A stretch of DNA of 58,357 bases, the filler included, from Globobulimina sp. (lineage: Eukaryota), in NCBI GenBank assembly GCA_003354225.1. It is 6 parts of 6 records of this genome, joined end to end, with 100 filler letters (N's around TTAATTAATTAA, not from the genome) between each part and the next. Parts side by side here need not be neighbours in the genome. Positions count along the whole stretch, not along the records: positions 9,862 to 19,601 come from PIVH01000037.1; positions 19,702 to 29,367 come from PIVH01000038.1; 4 more parts are not named here. One strand, 5' to 3'. The notes beneath the pieces are model-generated. The model saw only the letters and a list, made by a program, of their open reading frames with translations. It was not told where the DNA came from and made no database searches. Positions within the stretch are counted from its first letter, which is position 1, and every line of letters starts with the position of its first letter. Both the position numbers and the translations under genes were made by a program. Of this stretch, positions 11,601 through 21,159 are shown piece by piece.

Positions 11601-12989
11601 ATGGCAACTGCAAATTGTGTGAGTTTCACCACATCGGACAACAGAATTATTATTCTTAATGACCGTGACATATTTGGTAGAGATTCTACTGCAATGTCGA
11701 AGAGAATATCAAGGCAAGTATTTTCTATTAAATCAATCAAAACATCGCAAATTATTAATAATAACAATAAAAATGGAAAAGTAGCAATTTGTGAATTACA
11801 ATTATTAAAGAAATCTAATTATATTCGAATTAACAATATTGAATATCGTGATGACCAACATCCAATCCCTATTCATGACGGTGATATTCTCAATCTCGTC
11901 CAAGCAAAATATGAAAAGCAACAATTCTGGTTAAAAGCATCAAAAATCGAAAATAGGAAAAGAAAAAGATCAGAACCTATTTTACTCACAGATTCAACTC
12001 AAAGTCCATCGAAAAAGCGAAAAATTAGTGACGATTTTGATGATGAGGATACATTTTCTTTTACCAAAAAACCAAAACAATCATTAAAAGATTTAGAAAA
12101 TACCTGGAACAAACTTCAAAATCACACAAATAATAACTATATTGATGAAGATGAGGATGAAAATTATGATATTGCATTATTGGAAAATACATTGCCTCCA
12201 ACACAAGATATTGCATTATTGGATAACAGTGATGATATCGAACACGCACCAATTGCAACACCATCAGTGGTATCCGATACTGCACAATTAATGGCCATCA
12301 ACTTACAACAGCAACACATAGTATATTCGGATGGTGTTTGGTGCATTTTAGTTCCAACCAATGATAAAAATTCAAGTGTATTAATCAGCTGTGATAAATT
12401 TACAATTGGTAGAGAGGGAAGTAATGATTTGATATTTGGAAATAATATCAAGATTTCCGGAACACACTGTTGTATCATTGACAATAAAATCAGAAAAAAA
12501 ATATTATTACAAGATTCTTCCACAAATGGAACATATATTAATAAGTCAAAAATATTAAAATATCGTGAAAGAGAATTAAAGAATGGGGATTTTATATCAT
12601 TTGCAGAGGTTGAAGAGCTCGAGTTTTATTATTTTCATATTTCTGCCTATTTTGAGTGTTGTAATTGTGGAAATAATGAGAATGAGAGTGAGAGTGAGGA
12701 ATTTAATGTGAGATTAAAGAAAATTAACTCAAAATATTATTTGACAATGAATGGAAAAGAAATGGTTTATGATGAAAGTTTTTATGAAAAGAAATGTTTA
12801 TCAAAATGTATTACCGACATCGTAGATATTCCAATAAATATTAGTAATGTAATCGTAGACTGCTGCGGTGGAATAATGGATATTATCGCATATAATATTG
12901 GTTCAAAGAGACCTAAAAAAGTTATAAATAGACCTCCATTACGTAGATCATTTGCAATGTGTGGATCGCCGACAACTGAACAGATATGA
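11601..12989 (+). CDS. Nuclear protein with two FHA domains
   Basis: IFGRD...ISR (N-terminal FHA-like) and IGR...ISGTHC...DSSTNGTYIN (canonical FHA); NLS-like RKRKR and KKRK. Confidence 0.8.
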   Translation: MATANCVSFTTSDNRIIILNDRDIFGRDSTAMSKRISRQVFSIKSIKTSQIINNNNKNGKVAICELQLLKKSNYIRINNIEYRDDQHPIPIHDGDILNLVQAKYEKQQFWLKASKIENRKRKRSEPILLTDSTQSPSKKRKISDDFDDEDTFSFTKKPKQSLKDLENTWNKLQNHTNNNYIDEDEDENYDIALLENTLPPTQDIALLDNSDDIEHAPIATPSVVSDTAQLMAINLQQQHIVYSDGVWCILVPTNDKNSSVLISCDKFTIGREGSNDLIFGNNIKISGTHCCIIDNKIRKKILLQDSSTNGTYINKSKILKYRERELKNGDFISFAEVEELEFYYFHISAYFECCNCGNNENESESEEFNVRLKKINSKYYLTMNGKEMVYDESFYEKKCLSKCITDIVDIPINISNVIVDCCGGIMDIIAYNIGSKRPKKVINRPPLRRSFAMCGSPTTEQI

Positions 12990-13106
12990 ATTTATGATAA
13001 AGAGTAAAGTCCGCTATTAAAATGCCAGTTTTCATATTGTAACTTTTGTGCCTAGCTCAGATATTTAACGTTCTGTTTTCACAGACCGAAAACTGTTAGC
13101 CTCAGA

Positions 13107-13937
13107 ATGTCAACTTTCACAGAAAAATATTCCCCCATTCTTGAAAATATTCAACGAGGAAGCAAATCAATGGATGGTATCATAGAAATGCTACGTTTAA
13201 GAGTCAACGCAGAGACACAATTTACCAATTCCTTGCAGAAAATAATCGAATCCTCAAGCAATTTAATAGCGAATGGATGTGATACCAAAACTTCTCTACG
13301 AACCCAAGGCTTTGATGCATTATTTTGTGATATGAAAAACGAATATCATCAACGCATGGAATTTCTCAATTCATTGAAAGATGCTGTGCTCGATCCATGT
13401 CTTCGAATGAAACATATATATGAACAAAAACATAAGTCATTGGTTCATGAAACTAAACAAAAATCAAAATTACTCGAAAAACACCAAACTGAATATTTGA
13501 AATTAAAAACAAAATACGACAAAGTAATGGCCAAATGCGACGACCTCAGAGCTAAAAAAAAACAGCCAAATATTGAACGGCGATATTCCCAAAAACAGAT
13601 AGTTTGGAAACAACAAAAACGTTCCTTTGATGATTAGATATCATATTCTTTGGTCAATATTCAGTTGATTGAATTTCAGCGAATGAATACATTGAAAGAT
13701 GCATTGACGAATTGGACTGCATTTATAACCAATTTCTGTGCCAACAGAAATTATGATATCAAGAATTTAGCGCAATCAATGTCACAAATTAGCATTGAAA
13801 ACGATTTACATATTTTTGCTGAACAAAAACCCAGAAAAATAGCGAGAAAAAATACAAAAAAAACACGTACGAAATCATATGCTTCCTCAATATATATGGA
13901 GTTCAGAAAGCAATCAGCTACTTTTTCAAATCCATGA
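13107..13937 (+). CDS. F-BAR/FCH-domain protein interrupted by an in-frame TAG
   Basis: MLRLRVNAETQFTNSL FCH-like helix and QLIEFQRMNTLK C-terminal F-BAR helix; two same-frame ORFs separated by TAG 13635-13637. Confidence 0.65.
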
Positions 13938-14378
13938 TTAACAGTTTAGTACATGTACAGTACACGACGTATTTTTTCAAATTAACCAATTTGTAATAAC
14001 AGAAACATGAAAAGCAGCTTTTAATTAGCTTCTAATTATTAACAATGTTGTTGTATTTATTTTTTTTAATTTTATTATTTCAAATTTCACTCAATTCTCT
14101 CCTTTCAATTAATTTTATTATTTCAAATTTCAATCAATGAAAATAATTATAAACGGAAGAAACATTTAGAACTTTATAAAAAATGAATATTTTTGTGATT
14201 GATAATTTTTGTTTATGTTGTTATGAGTGAATTAATTTCTGTTCATTTTGTTATGTTTTGTAGTTTAATATGTTTCGAACCCGTTGCTCATAATATTTTG
14301 TGTCAAGATGTCCATAATTAATAATATTTGTAAGAATGTAAGAATGTAAGATCAAAAACAAGGTACGTTATGACAATT

Positions 14379-14431
14379 TGAACCACAGCAACGTCGCCAA
14401 AACATGTACAACGTGAACCACAGCAACGTCG
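14379..14431. repeat. 18-bp direct repeat in intergenic DNA
   Basis: TGAACCACAGCAACGTCG at 14379-14396 and 14414-14431. Confidence 0.85.
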
Positions 14432-14586
14432 GTGTAGCACATCGAAAATGTTCTTATGTTCAGACAGTGTACGAAAACGCAAGCTGGCTGCACACGGACA
14501 AACGCAACATTAGAATCTGACGCTGAAAATTAATTAGCAAGACTGTACATGCATGGATATAACAACATCTTCAAAAAAATAACACT

Positions 14587-17262
14587 TTAAACATATACTC
14601 CCGTTTGATTCTTTTTATATATTTCCTGTTCATTATTGTTGTTATTGTCATCAAACATATCATTATCCCCAATATCATCTGCCTCGTCTTCTTCTTGAAT
14701 TGCAGTGTCCAGAAGATTGTTATTTCGAATTCGAGGACTAATTACAGGTGACGCAAATGGTGAAACCTTTGGCGATTTATTATAACTAAAATTAGCTGAA
14801 GATGAACCTGACGGTGACCCAATAACAGGCAATGCTTTATTATACGCCCGCGATGATCTAGTTATTGTATCCGTATTTGATTCAATTCTGTGATGACTCT
14901 GATTAATATTTACATTTACTTTACTTTGCCTAGATTGTGCAACAACACTTTGATGATGTTTGCCAAACGCTGCTTTCATACCAGAAACATTTCGAATATG
15001 ACTCTTTTTATGTTTCTGTTTATGCAATGAAATGATATCGCGCGCACTCATACGGTTTCCCTTTGTTTGCACACATTTAAATATATGACAACATATCGCT
15101 GTGATTAACGACTTATTATAATCATAAACTAATTCACCTTCATCGCCATTGATTCTCCCAATTAAACAATTAAAAACTCGTAGACTATCATTTGAAAATT
15201 CTTTGCGAAACAAATTACTTAAATCACCAGTCACAGAATGATGCATATGATTTTTAGATTGTTTCTGATTTAACAGTATCTTAATATTGGTTTGGTTGCC
15301 AAATGGAGCTTCGTCATATAACAAACGACAACAAATATTGAAGGTATTTGCTGCCGACATATCAACAGAATCAATCATGATCAGCGTAGGAGAGGATACT
15401 TGAAAAGCTTTCGAAATCGCGGTCTGCATTCGCCAAATTGAATATTTCCAGTAACGTTTCATTTGGATATTATCTGTGGATTTTAATGTTATTTCTAAGT
15501 TATACACAGCGATCGGCAATGCAGTTTTGCCTTTGTATGAAAAGAAGTATGTTCCACTGAATAAAACAGATAATACCGATGATAGCACAGTGCCTAAAAA
15601 AACAAAGCCTCCAACGCTGTTCATTAATAATTGAGAGTCTAATGCTTTGATGGAATAATAAAATAATATTTGTAAGATTAAGAAGGGCAGGTTTTCAAAG
15701 CAGACATTTGTGATAAATCTCTCCGTTCTCACCCGCACTAACTCGAAATATGGCACTCCCATAGAAAATATACAATGTGGTATTAATATGCTGTTTGACA
15801 GTTCAATGGCGGGGAAAACACCACCGGTTATCAAGGTTATTAATAAAAAATATGTATAATAACATTTATTATTTAGCCATATATGTGGTAATTTGCAACA
15901 ATGTGTATAATGATTTTCTGTGCTCCATAAATTTGTTATGTGTCTGAAATAAGAGATGTTTAATACATATGGCACGACCACAGCTAACAAGGCAAAGACT
16001 AATAAGATTGAGAATGGTGAGGGATAATATATTGATATAATATATAAGTAAATTGTGAATAAAATGTCACTCCAAAAGTCCCATAATTCTAAAACCATCC
16101 AAATTAATGCAAAATAATTGATTGGATCGCCAGATGGATAACATTTGTACGATAATACTGATACAAATATAATGATTACTATGGTTGTTATTGATATCGT
16201 TATTAAAAAAGTGGCCGTTAATTTACTTAATGTTGCTGAGGCAGCGGCAATTATTTTATCAGAAGCACTCGCTTCTGTTATAATTCTATTATTATTATCA
16301 TTTCGATCTGTTTCTGCATTAAAATAGGTATTAAAATCACATCGTTGCCAATATCGAATATTTACATAATGTGTAGAACTATATTGTGATAAATACAATT
16401 TATAATCTATGCTTTCATTATATTTGGAGCTGTCAATTATAATATATTGGAAAGGATATATAATATCTAAGTTATGATAGCTAGAGAGTTCTAGCTTAAT
16501 ATGTATGTATTTATTATTTGAAGGTACGGAGGCAAAGCAAAACAATTCATTAAATATTGGATTTGTTCTAGCATCGTCTGAAGTTGTTGATATTTTTAAA
16601 AATAAAGATGGATCATTGTCATATTGAATATTGTTGATTTTATTAGCATTATCAGACCGGATTAGATATCCTCGTACAAAATAATTTTGTGGCTGTGGAG
16701 CACCAAAAGGAAATATACCGTTTAATATCTCTACACATTGTGTGATTGATTGATATTTTGTAATGCTTAGACGACTGTAATCTGTGTAACTATATGTTGA
16801 TGTATCCATTACTGATTTATCCAACGGTATTGATATTGTGGATGGATTTATGCTCCATTTATTAAAATTAAATAAGTTTGATTGTCCAATTAAGAATGAC
16901 GTATTGCCAAATGATGCAATGTTTATACATGAACCTGGTTTGCTTGTACCATCAAAGCAGTGTGTAGTGGATGGCCATTGTATCAGCGTGGATGTTTGAG
17001 CTTGGTCCACTTGATAATGGTAATAATGATAATTAGATCCACCGTAATCATTACAGAAATATGGATAAATATTATTCGGAAAAATTGTATTGGATAATGC
17101 TATATAATTTACATTTGTTGCTGAATGAATGGTTGTGCACCAAATTGTTGTGTTGGAAATGCATTTAGAATTCGAGTTGGACAGTTGGGAATTCACTATG
17201 ATTACAAGTCTAGATAACAACAATAACGAAAGTGACATGATTGAAGTGACAACAGTCGACAT
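14587..17262 (-). CDS. Large membrane protein: signal peptide, ectodomain, multi-TM XK-related-like domain, cytoplasmic tail
   Basis: 891-aa ORF; WDFWSDILF and FENLPFLILQ resemble XK-family DxxSD and ExxPQLxLQ motifs. Confidence 0.65.
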   Translation of the reverse strand: MSTVVTSIMSLSLLLLSRLVIIVNSQLSNSNSKCISNTTIWCTTIHSATNVNYIALSNTIFPNNIYPYFCNDYGGSNYHYYHYQVDQAQTSTLIQWPSTTHCFDGTSKPGSCINIASFGNTSFLIGQSNLFNFNKWSINPSTISIPLDKSVMDTSTYSYTDYSRLSITKYQSITQCVEILNGIFPFGAPQPQNYFVRGYLIRSDNANKINNIQYDNDPSLFLKISTTSDDARTNPIFNELFCFASVPSNNKYIHIKLELSSYHNLDIIYPFQYIIIDSSKYNESIDYKLYLSQYSSTHYVNIRYWQRCDFNTYFNAETDRNDNNNRIITEASASDKIIAAASATLSKLTATFLITISITTIVIIIFVSVLSYKCYPSGDPINYFALIWMVLELWDFWSDILFTIYLYIISIYYPSPFSILLVFALLAVVVPYVLNISYFRHITNLWSTENHYTHCCKLPHIWLNNKCYYTYFLLITLITGGVFPAIELSNSILIPHCIFSMGVPYFELVRVRTERFITNVCFENLPFLILQILFYYSIKALDSQLLMNSVGGFVFLGTVLSSVLSVLFSGTYFFSYKGKTALPIAVYNLEITLKSTDNIQMKRYWKYSIWRMQTAISKAFQVSSPTLIMIDSVDMSAANTFNICCRLLYDEAPFGNQTNIKILLNQKQSKNHMHHSVTGDLSNLFRKEFSNDSLRVFNCLIGRINGDEGELVYDYNKSLITAICCHIFKCVQTKGNRMSARDIISLHKQKHKKSHIRNVSGMKAAFGKHHQSVVAQSRQSKVNVNINQSHHRIESNTDTITRSSRAYNKALPVIGSPSGSSSANFSYNKSPKVSPFASPVISPRIRNNNLLDTAIQEEDEADDIGDNDMFDDNNNNNEQEIYKKNQTGVYV

Positions 17263-17410
17263 TATCGTTTCTACGCAGCCACAGGCTCCAACACTAACGA
17301 CAAGGAAAGAAATAAAATTATTTTATCATTAATAGTAATAATTCTACTCTTGTATAAAATGGCAATATAAAAAAAACAATGAAATCAAAATAGATTAACA
17401 ATAAGCTAAG

Positions 17411-19550
17411 TCAATAACCACTATCTCTACAATTAAACCATTCGAGATGAGAGTCATTTGGCAATGTCAATGGGAACATATTAGAAACTGTAACATATTT
17501 GTGCTGCTCTTTATATTTATAAATCACAAATAGTTCTTTTGCCACATATTTATCCGGACAGCAATGATAAAAGCCAGGCAAATATGACTTATCCCCACTT
17601 GATAGCACTAACTCCGATTTATCACTGTCTACCATATATTGCAAAACAATCCGGACATTAATAAATGACAATAAATGCATATCTTCGTTGGCATTCTCTC
17701 GCATCAACGCTTCCAATTCATTCTCTACACTCAACCAATCTATCTCACACACTTTGATTTTATACATCTCGTCTTCCATTTTCTTCTTATTTTTTATTTT
17801 ATTCTCATTTTCATTTTTTCCATTTAAAATACCATACACATTAAATAACAATGGCGGTGGCGGTGGCTTACCGTTGTTTGTATTTATAGAATTTTCTATC
17901 TCTTTCTCCTTCTCTTCTTCTTCATGTTCTTCCTCCTCTTTATAATTGTCCTCGTCCTCTTTGTCCAACTCCGTATATTTGCGAATGGCATCAAACAATT
18001 TTCCTTCCACATGATCGCCATAATACGCACACAAAATAACGAGCCCTTCGCCATACTTTTCCGGCTCACTTTGTCTATTCATAATTGACTGCTGTTTCAA
18101 TGCAAATTGTCGTTTATTATGCAGTGATAATCCATTCTCATTCAAATGCTTTGTGGCTTTATTACTTTTCCATTTAATTGCATATGGTTTATAAAATAAT
18201 TTATATCCATAATACGTAATCAATGGAATCGTAAATGACAATAATATTTGCTTTAACGTAGAATACGACTCTGTGCATTTGATAGGTACACTAATCTGCG
18301 ACGGTCCTCGTTTTAGTCCAAACTTTATAGAAATGCCTTGTTTTAAACTGATGTCAATGCCGAAGGACTGTTTTATATCAAGTTCCGTTATCATCTCTTT
18401 CTCGATCATTAAAGGCAATTCAGGCTCGATTAATTTATTAAAACCACATTCCACTTTGACCACATTCATCAAATCCAATTGCAAAGACATATAAAAGCCG
18501 AAATTAGCATCAATTTTCTTGTTATGTTTACAGATTAACGACACAAATGTTTTCGGTGAAACATCAATTTTGAAATCCCATTGTTTGGGACCACGATTTT
18601 TCGATAAACTCCATGAAAATGAGGGATTTTTCCCCATTCGAATAGATGATGCACCCATCCATTCGTTAAATATAATGCGTTGAATTCCAAATGAAATATC
18701 AAAGCCTGGATAACCTCCAAAAGTTCCATTAAAAATAGACATTTTTTTAATAAAATTATAACCCCAAAACAATCCGTTTTTAAAAACAGTGAATAACTCT
18801 GGTATTACATGCAAATACGATGTATTTTCCGGCTTTTTCTCGCTTTCCGACAACATATTTCCAAATAAATCCGCAGCATTTTCTATATTCGGATTCCCAT
18901 CATTTGCACCAAACATTTGCAACCAATTAAAAAACAAATTAATATCAATACTAGTTTTCGTATCAATCGTGCGTGAAATGGTAAACCTCGACGAAAACGT
19001 CTGCAAACCCATGGAAATTCCACTGACAAACTTCAAAAAACGATTGTACTGTTTGTGCCATTCAATATTAATATTTTGATAGATCTTATTATTCAACGCA
19101 TCCATATCATCATTGTACTGCGTCAACGATAGCATCCATGTGTTATCATCATTATATTCGTAGGTAAACCCCAAAGAGATCAAAAACGACATCAATGAGG
19201 GACTGATGCTTTGTCGTTCCACCGGAATATTTTTCAATATGGTCATGTCCCCCGTGGCCAACGCATTTTGTATCACAGAGACTTGATCTTCGACGGATAA
19301 CGACATTAATTCGGACATAGATACTTCCGCATCATCCTCATCTGTATCTGTATCTGGTTCATATATATCCATATCCGGATTAATGACCACCTGTAACGTA
19401 GGCAAGCCATTGTATACATTGCTGATGAATTGCGGTATGGTTTCATGTCTGAATATTAAATCTATGAATTCCTGGTACATTGAAGTTGCATCTATACCGA
19501 CTTCACAATGTCCGTGTGACGATATTAATTTATCCAATTCGAGTTTCGCT
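17411..19550 (-). CDS. DNAJC11: DNAJC11-like protein (DUF3395 C-terminus); 5' exons missing
   Basis: GLVILCAYYG, VRIVLQYMVD and KSYLPGFYHCCP...KELFVIYKY motifs; 3' splice site CAG at 19553-19551. Confidence 0.8.
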
Positions 19551-19601
19551 CTGTTTTATGTGTATGTGTATGTGTTTGGAGTGTGAAATTTCCAGAAAAT
19601 T

Positions 19602-19701
19602 NNNNNNNNNNNNNNNNNNNNNNNNNNNNNNNNNNNNNNNNNNNNTTAATTAATTAANNNNNNNNNNNNNNNNNNNNNNNNNNNNNNNNNNNNNNNNNNN
19701 N
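19602..19701. other. Artificial contig linker
   Basis: N44-TTAATTAATTAA-N44. Confidence 0.99.
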
Positions 19702-19969
19702 GTGACTACTATTCAAATATGTTAAATATCGAAACCTGTTTGAGTTTCATCACTCGTTTTAATAGGAGTTATAGTGCCCATTTTGATATCGATATCGCAT
19801 TTTATTCCGAACAAAATGTGTTTTTTAGCTCTTTTTTAATCTGGTTCTGGTGCATAGTTTATTATTATGATTATGATAGTTTATATGTATAAAATACAAG
19901 TGAAAAGTGAAAAAAAACAGCAAAAAAAAAAGAAAAAGGAAAAAATATGACATGAAGAAAAATACAAAT

Positions 19970-21073
19970 TTAGGCTTTTGATTTTTGTAGTTTTTGCGTA
20001 GATTGTAATCGATGAAATTGCTGAAAAATAACCCTGTCGGATTGGATGAAATAATAATAATTATATTGATCCATTTCAATCATTTTTAATTCATCATAAC
20101 TTAACATACCATCTTTTAATAAATCACTCATTTTAAAATCAATTGAATTTGTATTATTTGTATTAACATTATTTCTTAACAATTCATGTAATAATTGTTT
20201 GGCTACTTTGCGATATGATTTCTTATTATTTTTCTTGATTTTGATTATCTGTTTTTTGTCAGTAATATTGATGTTGTTATTATTTACAGTCTTTATAATA
20301 TTATTAGTATTACTATGTGAGATCGGTGGTTTTGTTCTAAGTTTTTTTGTATAATCAAATTTAGAATTTGAATTTGAAGTTTTTGTATTATTTTTTTTTA
20401 TTATTTTATGATGATAATGATTATGATGGTGATTATGATGATGATAATGATGATGATGCTGATGATTATGTTTATGATTATGATTATGAATGGGACCAAA
20501 ATCATTTAACTCTTCTTTTGTAACAATATCGTGTTTATTTGCCCATTCATGCAAATATAGACATTGTGGATTGTTACAGGTTGTATGTCGTAAAAAATAT
20601 GAACAATATTTTGTAGAACCGGTGGTTGCTTTTATTATTCTATGTCCATTTTGTAAATATTTGCCATTCATATGGTTTATTGCTTTCATTGCATCACATT
20701 CTCGATAAAAAGTGATAAATGCAGCAAATGAGCCAGTTCGCGATGCGTGCGATGTTTTTTTATTGCAATATACTTTTTTTATTTTCCCAAATGACCCAAA
20801 CCATTGATTCGTTTTCAATGTGTGTTCATCATACACTGTATTTACAGGCAAACCAACCACATAAACTAAATTCTTTTGTCGCACCCGAATATTTGATAAT
20901 TCTTCATATGAAAGTTGTGAATGATGAATTGTTGTTGCTGTTGTTGTCGACGTTCTTGTTGTATTATTTGAACCATATTCACAAAATTCACACGTTTTAC
21001 AACCACGCAAACATTTTGACAATTTGTGATCTGTACAATCCGTTTTGCCACTCTGCTGTTCTGACGACGACAT
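19970..21073 (-). CDS. NOT4/CNOT4-like RRM + CCCH zinc finger protein lacking a complete RING
   Basis: LSNIRVRQKNLVYVVGL, FGSFGKIKKV and GSTKYCSYFLR...CNNPQCLYLHE are NOT4 hallmarks; His-rich tract at about 20411-20490. Confidence 0.82.
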   Translation of the reverse strand: MSSSEQQSGKTDCTDHKLSKCLRGCKTCEFCEYGSNNTTRTSTTTATTIHHSQLSYEELSNIRVRQKNLVYVVGLPVNTVYDEHTLKTNQWFGSFGKIKKVYCNKKTSHASRTGSFAAFITFYRECDAMKAINHMNGKYLQNGHRIIKATTGSTKYCSYFLRHTTCNNPQCLYLHEWANKHDIVTKEELNDFGPIHNHNHKHNHQHHHHYHHHNHHHNHYHHKIIKKNNTKTSNSNSKFDYTKKLRTKPPISHSNTNNIIKTVNNNNINITDKKQIIKIKKNNKKSYRKVAKQLLHELLRNNVNTNNTNSIDFKMSDLLKDGMLSYDELKMIEMDQYNYYYFIQSDRVIFQQFHRLQSTQKLQKSKA

Positions 21074-21159
21074 CTTTTTATAAAGCATACACAAAGTTTT
21101 TTCTGAGCTTCTGATAATTTATGATTTAACCTTTTTCGGAAATTTCGACTTTGTATCGT

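Noticed and set aside
13635-13637. Possible genome-wide TAG reassignment
   Set aside because: TAG terminates several genes here (e.g. 23469, 25246, 44838, 56610) and no other long gene has in-frame stops.
14379-14431. CRISPR-like repeat-spacer
   Set aside because: Only two 18-bp copies with a 17-bp spacer, no cas genes, eukaryotic context.
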